Source: a virus
Lineage: Duplodnaviria; Heunggongvirae; Uroviricota; Caudoviricetes
Virus record (IMG/VR): IMGVR_UViG_2563366897_000003
Strand: one strand, 5' to 3'
Length of the DNA stretch: 33,104 nt
Part shown: in pieces, positions 7,494 to 16,222 of the stretch
Numbering within the stretch: position 1 is the stretch's first letter
Layout: each line of letters opens with the position of its first letter
Translations under genes and position numbers: made by a program
The notes under the pieces: generated by a model
The model's database searches: none
The model's input: the letters and a program-made list of their open reading frames with translations, nothing else
What the model was told of the DNA's origin: nothing

Positions 7494-8315
7494 ATGAAAC
7501 TGGAAGATTTACCGAAATACTACTCCCCAAAATCCCCTGGCCTGACCGATGCATCGGCCTCAACGTCAAAAGATGCGCTGAGTATCACTGATGTGATGGC
7601 CGCGCAGGGCATGACACAGAATCGGGCTGAGATGGGTTTTTCTGCGTTCCTGGGGAAAATGGGCATCAGTATGAATGACAGGGCGCGGGCAACAGAATTA
7701 CTGGCAGATTATGCACTCAGTCGGTGCGATCGTGTGGCGGCGTTGAGAAAACTTCCGGCAGAAATAAAACCGGTAGTGATGCGCATTATGGCTTCGTACG
7801 CTTTTGAGGATTATGCCCGCAGCGCAGCGAGTAAAAAGCAGTGCCCTTGTTGCTATGGGGAAAAATTTATTGAAAGCGTAGTTTTTACAAACAAGGTCCA
7901 GTATCCGGATGGTAAGCCACCAGTGTGGGCAAAGTGCACAAAAGGCGTGTATCCGTCTTACTGGGAAGAATGGAAAAAAGTCAGGGAGGTGGTAAAAGTT
8001 GCCTGTCCGGAGTGTGGCGGAAAGGGTGAGGTTTCCACCGCCTGTAAGGATTGCCGTGGGCGTGGTGTCGCCATTCATTGTGAAGAGTCGGTAAAACGTG
8101 GTATGCCTGTTATCAGAGACTGCCAGCGTTGTGGTGGTCGTGGCTATGAAAGACTACCATCAACGGAGGCATTTAATGCTATATGCGAGGTGACAAACCA
8201 GATAACACGCGCGTCATGGGAAAAAACAGTTAAGAAATTCTATGATGCGCTGGTGACCCGGTTTGATATTGAAGAAGCATGGGCTGAGCGGCAGTTAAAA
8301 AAGGTAACTAGGTAA
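7494..8315 (+). CDS. Q: late-gene antitermination protein Q (zinc-finger type)
   Basis: 273 aa with three CxxC pairs (CPECGGKGE, CKDCRGRG, CQRCGGRG); immediately upstream of a promoter/terminator pair, the tRNAs and the lysis genes. Confidence 0.75.
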   Translation: MKLEDLPKYYSPKSPGLTDASASTSKDALSITDVMAAQGMTQNRAEMGFSAFLGKMGISMNDRARATELLADYALSRCDRVAALRKLPAEIKPVVMRIMASYAFEDYARSAASKKQCPCCYGEKFIESVVFTNKVQYPDGKPPVWAKCTKGVYPSYWEEWKKVREVVKVACPECGGKGEVSTACKDCRGRGVAIHCEESVKRGMPVIRDCQRCGGRGYERLPSTEAFNAICEVTNQITRASWEKTVKKFYDALVTRFDIEEAWAERQLKKVTR

Positions 8316-8320
8316 CAAGG

Positions 8321-8348
8321 TTGATTTTTCCGGAATCTGTGGTAAATT
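8321..8348 (+). promoter_or_regulatory. candidate late promoter pR' (and qut region)
   Basis: TTGATT (8321-8326), 16-bp spacer, TAAATT (8343-8348), directly downstream of Q and upstream of a terminator. Confidence 0.35.
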
Positions 8349-8397
8349 CGTCATAACAATGGGCTTTTTATGCCTGACGTTAGAAGAGTTTCTACAA

Positions 8398-8420
8398 CCC
8401 GCCGCCGAGCGGGTTTTTTA
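8398..8420 (+). terminator. tR'-like intrinsic terminator
   Basis: CCCGC-loop-GCGGG hairpin followed by TTTTTTA, about 65 nt after the candidate pR' start; classic substrate for Q antitermination. Confidence 0.55.
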
Positions 8421-8458
8421 TTGCGGAATTAATTACGGACCGTTATTATTCTGCTCCC

Positions 8459-8534
8459 GGCCCTTTAGCTCAGTGGTGAGAGCGAGCGACTCATAATCGC
8501 CAGGTCGCTGGTTCAAATCCAGCAAGAGCCACCA
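8459..8534 (+). tRNA. tRNA with CAU anticodon (ileX/ileZ-type tRNA-Ile2, or tRNA-Met)
   Basis: Cloverleaf readable by eye: GGCCCTT acceptor, GCTCAGTGG D-arm, CTCATAA anticodon loop (CAT), GGTTCAAATCC T-arm, encoded CCA at 8532-8534. Confidence 0.85.
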
Positions 8535-8634
8535 TCACAAACCGCCATTAGCTTATCAGGAAGAGCAGACGACACGATAACAGGGTTGTTGGTGCGGGGG
8601 CGGGTCCCCGATGGCGGTCCATTATCGGTATTCA

Positions 8635-8708
8635 GCGTTGTTAGCTCAGCCGGACAGAGCAATTGCCTTCTAAGCAATCGGTCACTGGTTCGAATCCAGT
8701 ACAGCGCG
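8635..8708 (+). tRNA. tRNA-Arg (anticodon UCU, argN/argO-like)
   Basis: GCGTTGT acceptor pairs with ACAGCGC at the 3' end; CTTCTAA anticodon loop (TCT); GGTTCGAATCC T-arm; no encoded CCA. Confidence 0.85.
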
Positions 8709-9566
8709 CTATATTCATTCTTCCAGATTCCTTCCGGCAGAGCCTTATACTGAAATATACCTGGCTCAGGATATTGTTGAAAATATTTTATGTTTGTCAA
8801 AAATAAAAGTTCTGTTAAGTATTGATTGAGTGTTTGTTATACGGTCTAATGGTTTTTTCAGCATTAAATATTTATCATTCATATGGTGTGGGTAGAGTGA
8901 ATATTGATGAGGCGTCGGGGTGTTTCATCCTTAGGCAGCGTATTGATATAGTCAATGCAGGACGAGCAAAGGCCTTCAGCCGTTTGACAGTTTTGTTCTG
9001 TACTCCTGATCGTCTTTCGGGAAGAGACGTTATTATTCTGAATAGTGATGCTATACAGAGGGTTTGCGATGAGTTCATGGTTGCTAATTCAGAATTATTT
9101 GCTCTTGTTCAGGAGTACAACAGAATAGCCAGTACCTGTGGTATGGATGAACTTCGGATTACTCATCTGGGGTAGATACATATCTGGATTATCACTTGTT
9201 ACGGTAAAAAGTGATTGCTTACTGTTTTTGTGAGTGGCATTGCAGCAGCCGGATAATGTCAGTGCTGGCTGACGGTGTGCTGGTGGCGGGTGTGGTGGTT
9301 GTTGCTTTCCCGTTGCTGAAAAAGAAAACGCCAGACTGTTAGCCGGGTATCAGTTAGCGGGAGAAATTTTTAAATACTTCACAATTCAGGCGGTTGACTG
9401 TTGTCTGGTTTGCGGGGAGTTTGTTAAAAGAAACTGGCATGGTGAATCCCCCTGTGCGGAGGGGCAATCAGCGAGTAGGTATATGGGATAATCGCGGATT
9501 CAGGTGCTGGTACTGAATTCACCGGGAGGCACCCGGCACCATGCAATGGCACATAGCGCCACTCTC

Positions 9567-9602
9567 CAGCCCCTCTCCGGAGGGGCTGTTTATATTGATT
9601 TT
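9567..9602 (+). terminator. intrinsic terminator inside the cargo island
   Basis: CAGCCCCTC-TCCG-GAGGGGCTG (9-bp stem) followed by TTTATATTGATTTT. Confidence 0.5.
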
Positions 9603-9622
9603 GTCAGATGTGAGTAAACTCC

Positions 9623-9958
9623 TTATGGACTTTGTTGTTTTAGTCCATAAGGACATATTTGCAGAGTGCAACGGTTATTAAAGCATTCATTCAATACGTT
9701 ATCTGTATTTGTAGGACATTCCTGGCTGTTTTTGATTAAATTCCAGAATGTTTTATTGAATGGTGCTACGTTGTAAATGGTTACAGGTAGCACTTTGTTA
9801 TTGAGCATGATACCTGTGTGAGTCAGTGTAAATATACTTTCAGGAGGTAAGAAAGCATCCGATTGATACCAGATTATTAATTTTATTTTACTCCATATGA
9901 CTGAAAAAGATATTCCGCATGATGGCTGGATAACTGTATCAATCACAATCCACTTCAT
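9623..9958 (-). CDS. hypothetical protein (111 aa), antisense to the late operon
   Basis: ORF track; AAGGAA SD 6-7 nt upstream of the minus-strand ATG; AT-rich codon usage; an 11-bp perfect inverted repeat (9621-9652) overlaps its stop. Confidence 0.4.
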   Translation of the reverse strand: MKWIVIDTVIQPSCGISFSVIWSKIKLIIWYQSDAFLPPESIFTLTHTGIMLNNKVLPVTIYNVAPFNKTFWNLIKNSQECPTNTDNVLNECFNNRCTLQICPYGLKQQSP

Positions 9959-10203
9959 TTAGTTTCCTTGTTTATGTCTTGCTGGTGATGTTCTGAAAAG
10001 TATAAATGATATTTTTGAATGTAAACCATAGAGCAGAATTATTTTTCTGATGTTGTTTATTGTTTATTTAAATGCAGGGTGGTTTATATCTCGTCTTGTA
10101 GTTTATCCATGCATATCTGCTTGATGATGAGGTTTTTATTTAAGGTATGGTTTTGTGTTTTTTCTGTATTACATGTCAGGTATTTTAAAGAATTATTTTT
10201 CAG

Positions 10204-12180
10204 ATGGTGGAAAGAACCATGGCATTTAAACACTATGATGTTGTCAGGGCGGCATCGCCGTCAGACCTTGCGAAACGACTGACACAAAAACTGAAGGAGG
10301 GGTGGCAGCCATTTGGCAGTCCGGTGGCCATCACGCCTTATACCCTGATGCAGGCCATTGCGGCGGAAGGTGATGTCACCACACCTGTGGTGGTGAAGCC
10401 GTCGGATGGAGAAGGCGCAGTTATCAGCACCACCAGCAACCCGGAGTATTACTTTGTTGTTGCCCTGGCCGGGCAGTCAAACGGTATGGCGTATGGTGAA
10501 GGGCTTCCGCTGCCGGAGACATATGACCGTCCGGACCCGCGTATTAAACAGCTGGCGCGTCGCAGCACTGTCACGCCGGGTGGTGCGTCCTGTAACTACA
10601 ATGACATTATTCCTGCGGACCACTGCCTGCATGATGTTCAGGATTTGAGTAAGTTTTCACACCCGAAAGCCAGCGCAGCTCAGTATGGATGCGTGGGGCA
10701 GGGATTACATATCGCGAAGAAATTGTTGCCGTTTATTCCGGCGAATGCCGGTATTCTTCTGGTTCCGTGCTGCCGTGGTGGTTCTGCATTTTTGGCGGGC
10801 GATGAAGGTACCTTCAGCGAATCCACCGGCGCAAGCGAGACCTCGGCACGCTGGGGTGTTGATAAGCCACTGTACAAGGACCTGCTTACCCGTACTCAGG
10901 CCGCACTGAAGGCCAACCCTAAAAATATTCTGCTTGCAGTGGTCTGGATGCAGGGCGAGTTTGATTTGAAACAGGGTGCATACGCCACTCAGCCGGGGCT
11001 GTTTGATTCCATGGTGGAAAAATATCGTTCTGACCTGTCGGAATTCGGAGGTCAGTGTCTCGGGGGCTCTCCGTCATCGGTTCCCTGGATTTGTGGCGAC
11101 ACGACCTACTACTGGAAGCAGACTTATTCTTCGCAATACGATGCGGTGTATGGTGCATACAAGACGAAATCCGCAAAAAAAATCTTCTTTGTGCCGTTTA
11201 TGACGGATGAAAACGGGCGAAATGTGGGTACCAACGAGCCGTCAGAAGATCCGGATGTTGCGGATATTGGGTATTACGGAGCCGGTGGTCGAACGGACGC
11301 CAAAACCTGGACGACGGCCGACCGTAAAACGCATTTTGGATCATGGGCACGTCGTGGGATTATTTCCGACCGTCTGGCAACGGCGATTCTTGTGCATGCC
11401 GGGAGAAACGCTGAATTCATTACCGGAAAACAGCCTGATACGGTGAAGCCCACCGGACCTTCCGGTGAAGGTACGGAGAGAGAGCCGGAAGCCCCGGTCA
11501 GTAACCGAACCCTGATGAGTCTGCTGGCGTCCGGCGAAGACCTGGCATCACAGGGCTGGCGCTATTATCACAAACCGGCGAGCGGAGACAATGTTAACAA
11601 AAACATTGCTGAAGCGGTGGTCAGTGATGCGGGGGCTACGGGAGGTAAGGCCCTGCAACTGAATAAACCGGAAAACCACATCTGGTTTCTGGAGCATGAT
11701 GCAGCCGGACAGGGAGTGGAGTTACTGAAGAAGGGGGGACGTGTGAGCGTACGGTTTAAGTTGCCGGGTTCACTGGTGCCGAATCAGTTTGCCCTGGGCA
11801 TTTACTGGCAGTTGTCGTCCCTGCCGGAGGGAGTGACGCTGGCAGAGGAAGGCAACGACATGCTGATGTCCTTCTTTCTGCAGACGGATGCGACGAACCT
11901 GAACGCGATGCACCACAAGAAGCCGAATGCGAAGCTGGAAACGTTCGGGGTCTTTGATAACGGATGGCACACACTGGCTTTTGAGTTTGCCGGAAACAAC
12001 AGCATTCAGGTGACGCCGGTACTGGATGAGAAACGGGGGACGCCGTTCACACTGGTGAAATCTCCGGCATCAGGGGCGGCGGACAAACTGCAACTGACAG
12101 GCATATCAAAGGCGGCGACATATACGCTGCTGATTGACAGTGTGAAGGTGGAAGTGAACAACGCGGACATCGCGGCATGA
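10204..12180 (+). CDS. nanS: NanS-p-type prophage sialate O-acetylesterase (DUF1737 N-terminus plus SGNH/SASA esterase domain)
   Basis: 658 aa; N-terminus AFKHYDVVRAASPSDLAKRLTQKLKEGWQPFGSPVAIT is the DUF1737-type leader of EHEC prophage NanS-p/L0105-like proteins; sits between Q/tRNAs and the holin as in Stx-phage-like prophages. True start may be the ATG at 10219. Confidence 0.8.
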   Translation: MVERTMAFKHYDVVRAASPSDLAKRLTQKLKEGWQPFGSPVAITPYTLMQAIAAEGDVTTPVVVKPSDGEGAVISTTSNPEYYFVVALAGQSNGMAYGEGLPLPETYDRPDPRIKQLARRSTVTPGGASCNYNDIIPADHCLHDVQDLSKFSHPKASAAQYGCVGQGLHIAKKLLPFIPANAGILLVPCCRGGSAFLAGDEGTFSESTGASETSARWGVDKPLYKDLLTRTQAALKANPKNILLAVVWMQGEFDLKQGAYATQPGLFDSMVEKYRSDLSEFGGQCLGGSPSSVPWICGDTTYYWKQTYSSQYDAVYGAYKTKSAKKIFFVPFMTDENGRNVGTNEPSEDPDVADIGYYGAGGRTDAKTWTTADRKTHFGSWARRGIISDRLATAILVHAGRNAEFITGKQPDTVKPTGPSGEGTEREPEAPVSNRTLMSLLASGEDLASQGWRYYHKPASGDNVNKNIAEAVVSDAGATGGKALQLNKPENHIWFLEHDAAGQGVELLKKGGRVSVRFKLPGSLVPNQFALGIYWQLSSLPEGVTLAEEGNDMLMSFFLQTDATNLNAMHHKKPNAKLETFGVFDNGWHTLAFEFAGNNSIQVTPVLDEKRGTPFTLVKSPASGAADKLQLTGISKAATYTLLIDSVKVEVNNADIAA

Positions 12181-12181
12181 T

Positions 12182-12218
12182 AAAAAAAGCCGCCAGCGGC
12201 AGGAATGGACGCTGGCGG
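12182..12218 (-). terminator. minus-strand-oriented intrinsic terminator right after the nanS stop
   Basis: 9-bp perfect stem CCGCCAGCG/CGCTGGCGG (12190-12198 / 12210-12218); on the plus strand it is preceded by A7 (12182-12188), so on the minus strand the hairpin is followed by a T7 tract. Confidence 0.4.
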
Positions 12219-12535
12219 AGGTAATTCCAATGGAGAATGTAAAGAAAAGATGCTTTCGTATATCGGTTTTTTAAATGAAAACAGTTCTCATTGTCAACCA
12301 TAACGGTAAGAAATTATGACATTTATTCATCAGGTAATGCTGTACTTCTGTATGGCAGTCTGTGTTATGTATCTTCTTTCGGGTGGGTACAGGGCAGTGC
12401 GCGATTTCTGGCGCAGGCAGATTGATAAAAGGGCCGCTGAGAGAATCAGCGCCAGTCAGTCAGCCGGAAGCAAACCCGAAGATCCGCTCATTCCGTAGTC
12501 ACTTTCTTGACAACACCTTTCAACGAGAAAATCCC

Positions 12536-12781
12536 ATGTCAGAAATCACATCCCTGGTCACTGCTGAGGCAGTGAAGGAAGTCCTGCGCTCTGAAGAAGT
12601 CCTGAGCGCACTGAAACAGAAACTCCGCCAGAACCTTGAGTCGCGTCTTGATGCAGAAGTGGATGCCATTCTGGATGAGCTGCTGGGCGTACCAGCGGTT
12701 CCGGAGCCGGAAGGTATCGCGGGTGACGGGAGTGCTTCAGATGGCGGTGAACCCACACCTGACAGCGACATGATGATGTAA
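12536..12781 (+). CDS. hypothetical acidic protein (81 aa)
   Basis: In-frame ATG inside track ORF 12362..12781; [51 protein letters not shown]...; weak SD. Confidence 0.4.
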   Translation: MSEITSLVTAEAVKEVLRSEEVLSALKQKLRQNLESRLDAEVDAILDELLGVPAVPEPEGIAGDGSASDGGEPTPDSDMMM

Positions 12782-12857
12782 GCCTGCGCAAGGGACCATC
12801 GGTGTGTGCCGGTGGTCTTTATATTGTTGTGAGCTTCCGGATAACGGGAGACGGGGT

Positions 12858-13073
12858 ATGTACCAGATGGAAAAAATCACAACAGGTGTGTCATACACCA
12901 CGTCAGCGGTGGGAACGGGCTACTGGTTCCTGCAGTTGCTGGACAGGGTTTCCCCGTCTCAGTGGGCGGCAATAGGCGTGCTGGGGAGTCTGCTGTTTGG
13001 GCTGCTGACGTACCTGACTAACCTGTATTTCAAAATCAAAGAGGACCGGCGTAAGGCGGCGCGGGGAGAGTAA
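12858..13073 (+). CDS. S: phage-21-type pinholin (class II holin S) with dual-start motif
   Basis: [71 protein letters not shown] closely matches S21-type pinholins; two Met codons (12858 and 12867) give the holin/antiholin dual start. Confidence 0.85.
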   Translation: MYQMEKITTGVSYTTSAVGTGYWFLQLLDRVSPSQWAAIGVLGSLLFGLLTYLTNLYFKIKEDRRKAARGE

Positions 13074-13077
13074 AGTG

Positions 13078-13968
13078 ATGAATAAAAAATATGAACTGGT
13101 TGTTAAGGGGATAAATAATTACGGGGATAAGGTTACTGTTACTGTGACACCGGAAGGTGACGGGCAAGCGTCGCTGTTGTTGCCAGATGTGGCGATTAGT
13201 CTTGACCGTACTGAAGGTGCCACGCTGGAGTTTTACGAAGCTGAGGCGAAAAAGCAGGCGAAGCAGTTTTTCATGGATGTTGCTGCCGGGTTATGTGAAT
13301 GGAACGAACCGTTGCCGGAAAAGCGCCCCGTAATTTTAGAGGCGCAGGATGTGTTGATAACCTACAAAGGAAAGCTACCGGGAAGAATTACTTGTTCTCT
13401 GAAGATGCCGCCGTCAACACTGCGGTCAGAAAAAGATGATGTTGAATCACGTATTGAAAAACTGGAGAGCTACGTCGTTGAGCTGAATAAGAAATGGTCG
13501 ATATTGGTGCCTTCTGGCGATGAAAAGCAGTTTGCTGCGTTTGACGATTATTGTCGGAAAGTGATGAGCAGAAATCTCGCAGAGTGTTTCAGTATTCATA
13601 ATGATAATTTCAGTGAGCTGGAATGGGAGTGTAACCGGCCATCCTTTGTTGTATCCGGTGATGCTGGGAAAATAACCATCTCAGAAAATGGGAAAGTAAC
13701 ACCTCCATCGCACCAGCACAGTGAGGAGCTCATTGAATTTGCCATTGATTACCTGAAGAACAATAAAAAGCAGGGGCTGATGAAGCGCGTTGGCCGTTGC
13801 ATGGGATATCTTCAGGTAGCCGCTGAGATTGAAGCGCTGGCCAGTGGTGCTGATAAGGATGCAATTGTGCGGGAGGCTCTTCTTCGTGATTTTAATACTC
13901 CACCCTTTAAAAAAGTGCCGGCTTACTGGCTTCATCCGGGGCTGACTTATCTTAAAGTGCGTATTTAG
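13078..13968 (+). CDS. hypothetical protein (296 aa) inserted between holin and endolysin
   Basis: ORF track 13075..13968; the ATG at 13078 has GGGGAGAG 7 nt upstream and starts 5 nt after the holin stop; no signal peptide or TM segment; no recognised domain; slightly lower GC than neighbours. Confidence 0.6.
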   Translation: MNKKYELVVKGINNYGDKVTVTVTPEGDGQASLLLPDVAISLDRTEGATLEFYEAEAKKQAKQFFMDVAAGLCEWNEPLPEKRPVILEAQDVLITYKGKLPGRITCSLKMPPSTLRSEKDDVESRIEKLESYVVELNKKWSILVPSGDEKQFAAFDDYCRKVMSRNLAECFSIHNDNFSELEWECNRPSFVVSGDAGKITISENGKVTPPSHQHSEELIEFAIDYLKNNKKQGLMKRVGRCMGYLQVAAEIEALASGADKDAIVREALLRDFNTPPFKKVPAYWLHPGLTYLKVRI

Positions 13969-14004
13969 TGGGCCAGGGACAGCGGCTGAATATTTAATAT
14001 ATCC

Positions 14005-14538
14005 ATGAACACCAAAATCAAATACGGCCTGTCGGCTGCCGTTCTGGCGCTGATTGCCGCTGGTGCGCCTGCGCCTGACATTCTCGACCAGTTTCTGGAT
14101 GAAAAGGAAGGCAACCACACCACAGCATACCGTGATGGTGCAGGTATCTGGACCATCTGCCGTGGTGCCATCATGGTGGATGGCAAACCTGTCGTTCCGG
14201 GCATGAAGTTGTCGAAGGAAAAATGCGACCGGGTTAACGCCATTGAGCGTGATAAGGCGCTGGCATGGGTGGAGAAAAACATCAGAGTGCCATTGAGTGA
14301 ACCCCAGAAAGCGGGGATCGCGTCATTCTGTCCGTACAACATTGGCCCCGGTAAGTGTTTTCCGTCGACGTTTTATAAACGAATTAATGCAGGTGATCGC
14401 AGGGGAGCGTGTGAGGCGATTCGCTGGTGGATTAAGGACGGTGGCAGAGACTGCCGTATTCGTTCAAACAACTGCTACGGTCAGGTATCCCGTCGTGACC
14501 AGGAGAGCGCGCTGGCGTGCTGGGGTATCGACAGATAA
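14005..14538 (+). CDS. R: SAR endolysin (phage lysozyme R, R21-like)
   Basis: 177 aa; N-terminal signal-anchor-release segment (LSAAVLALIAAGAPAP) followed by a lysozyme catalytic region (EGNHTTAYRDGAGIWTICRG). Confidence 0.9.
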   Translation: MNTKIKYGLSAAVLALIAAGAPAPDILDQFLDEKEGNHTTAYRDGAGIWTICRGAIMVDGKPVVPGMKLSKEKCDRVNAIERDKALAWVEKNIRVPLSEPQKAGIASFCPYNIGPGKCFPSTFYKRINAGDRRGACEAIRWWIKDGGRDCRIRSNNCYGQVSRRDQESALACWGIDR

Positions 14539-14630
14539 GCAGAATATTTTGCTGAAAAATAAGGTATGGCTACGCGGGCGGATAACACGAAATCCTGCGA
14601 ACTGGCGAAACGTAAGTGAATAAAAGTAAA

Positions 14631-14665
14631 AACCCCGTTTGTTGGCACCAAGCGGGGTTTTGTGT
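14631..14665. terminator. bidirectional intrinsic terminator between R and Rz
   Basis: CCCCGTTTG...CAAGCGGGG hairpin flanked by AAAAA upstream and TTTTGTGTTT downstream. Confidence 0.5.
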
Positions 14666-14694
14666 TTCTGACCTTGAGTAAGGCAAGGGAGAAC

Positions 14695-14877
14695 ATGGCG
14701 AAGTATAAACGAATTCTGTTGAGGTTGACTATGAAAAATGGCCTTGAACTGAAAGCGCCTGTAACTGATGACATCAGCAGAGCACTGGCTTTTGCCATTA
14801 AGTGGGTGGCGGTCGGTGTTGCTGTGTCCCCGATGCTGTATGGGCTGGCAAAACTGGTCATTGCGTTGAAATCGTGA
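14695..14877 (+). CDS. hypothetical small protein (60 aa) with hydrophobic C-terminus
   Basis: In-frame ATG inside track ORF 14662..14877; GGGAGAAC upstream; C-terminal predicted TM helix ([22 protein letters not shown]). Confidence 0.35.
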   Translation: MAKYKRILLRLTMKNGLELKAPVTDDISRALAFAIKWVAVGVAVSPMLYGLAKLVIALKS

Positions 14878-14891
14878 AGGGAGGATTAAGC

Positions 14892-15023
14892 ATGTCAGAC
14901 AAACTCATAACGCTGGCGAAGATCCTCTGTGTAATTGTCGGCATTTCATTTTCACTAATGCTGGTTGCTCTTTTTCTTTCCATGGCCTGGATGATGTTGT
15001 CTTCGTCGGGGTTGCTGGGGTGA
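14892..15023 (+). CDS. small single-TM membrane peptide (43 aa)
   Basis: AAGGGAGG SD 7 nt upstream of the ATG; [43 protein letters not shown]; stop overlaps the Rz start. Confidence 0.4.
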   Translation: MSDKLITLAKILCVIVGISFSLMLVALFLSMAWMMLSSSGLLG

Positions 15024-15493
15024 ACATAAACCGAATGCTTTCCGCGTTTATCGTTATTCTGCTGGTGGCCTGTGGTGCGCTGTGGATGGCAACAGACCAT
15101 TACCGTGATAACGCGATTACCTACAAAGCGCAGCGCGATAACAAAGCCAGTGAACTGAAGCTGGCGAACGCAACCATTACTGATATGCAGGTGCGCCAGC
15201 GCGATGTTGCTGCGCTCGATGCAAAATACTCGAGGGAATTAGCCGATGCGAGAGCTGAAAATGAAACTCTTCGCGCTGACGTTGCCGCTGGTCGTAAGCG
15301 CCTGCGGATCAACGCCACCTGTCCAGGCTCCGTGCGTGAAGCCCCCACCACCTCCGGCGTGGATAATGCAACCGGCCCCCAACTGGCAGACACCGTTACA
15401 CGGGATTATTTCACCCTCAGAGAGCGGCTGATGACGATGCACAAGCAACTGGAAGGGGCACAGGACTATATCCGCACTCAGTGCCTGAAATAA
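15020..15493 (+). CDS. Rz: Rz i-spanin
   Basis: 157 aa; N-terminal TM then [44 protein letters not shown]..., a close match to lambda Rz; start is the GTG at 15020 or the ATG at 15035. Confidence 0.85.
   Translation: MNINRMLSAFIVILLVACGALWMATDHYRDNAITYKAQRDNKASELKLANATITDMQVRQRDVAALDAKYSRELADARAENETLRADVAAGRKRLRINATCPGSVREAPTTSGVDNATGPQLADTVTRDYFTLRERLMTMHKQLEGAQDYIRTQCLK
15261..15431 (+). CDS. Rz1: Rz1 o-spanin lipoprotein, embedded in the +1 frame of Rz
   Basis: [56 protein letters not shown]: lipobox LVVSAC and proline-rich core, very similar to lambda Rz1; lies entirely within Rz. Confidence 0.8.
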   Translation: MKLFALTLPLVVSACGSTPPVQAPCVKPPPPPAWIMQPAPNWQTPLHGIISPSESG

Positions 15494-15803
15494 GTTTTGT
15501 TGATGCGCCGTATCGTCGCTATATTCCCTCATTAACAGAGACCGCAGCCCGACAGGGAGACTCCTCTGCGCGAGTGTGCGGGGATAATTAAAAACGATGC
15601 ACACCGGGTTTTTACCGCGTTAATGATTCGCGGGTTTATCCCGGTGCGATGGTGGAAGAAACAGGAAGCTGTATTACAGAAAGTGCTACTACTGTATCCC
15701 GATGCGATGTATGTAATGTGAGTCAGATAATGGCACAGGATGTGGTGATGTGGCAGTCTGGAACACAGGATATATTGTCAGAATAAGACCCGTAGGAATA
15801 AAA

Positions 15804-16130
15804 ATGAAAAGACGCCTTTTACTACTTTTTCTGTTATCTGTCCTGGCAGTGGGATGCTCGCAGCAAAAAGCTGATGAGCCCCGGCAATTAGTGACGGTGT
15901 ATCCACGATATCCGGAATATGCTGCAGCAAATTATATCAAGGGGCTGGTTGAGGTTAAGTTCGATATTGGTGCTGATGGGACTGTGACACGGATCGTTTT
16001 TCTCCGCTCAGAGCCTCATAATTTGTTTCGTGATGAAGTGGTGAAGGCCATGGCGAAATGGCGATTTGAAAAGAATCGCCCCTGTCAGGGAGTGAAGAGA
16101 CAATTTATCTTTACGCCGTCACGTCCTTGA
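15804..16130 (+). CDS. lipoprotein with a TonB C-terminal-like domain
   Basis: 108 aa from the ATG at 15804 (AGGA SD); signal peptide and lipobox LAVGCS (Ser at +2); YPRYPEYAAANYIKGLVEVKFDIGADGTVTRIVFLRSEPHNLFRDEVVKAMAKWRFE fits the TonB_C signature (YP..A....G.V.VKFD...DG.V...F..EV..AM..WR.E). Confidence 0.7.
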   Translation: MKRRLLLLFLLSVLAVGCSQQKADEPRQLVTVYPRYPEYAAANYIKGLVEVKFDIGADGTVTRIVFLRSEPHNLFRDEVVKAMAKWRFEKNRPCQGVKRQFIFTPSRP

Positions 16131-16222
16131 TGCTTCCAGGTAGAGAGGGGCTGGACGCAGGAGAAAAATGAAAGAGCCAGCGGTTATATTTTTGTCATGG
16201 CTGACGAGGAATGATGGAAGAA

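Noticed and set aside
8513-8800. 95-aa minus-strand ORF overlapping both tRNA genes
   Set aside because: It overlaps two clearly folded tRNA genes; no RBS.
12316-12498. 60-aa ORF between nanS and the holin as a real gene
   Set aside because: No convincing RBS, and it overlaps in another frame the start of the larger track ORF; not listed as a feature, although a single predicted TM helix means it cannot be excluded.
15239-15604. 121-aa minus-strand ORF overlapping Rz/Rz1
   Set aside because: Antisense to the strongly supported Rz/Rz1 pair; no start signals.
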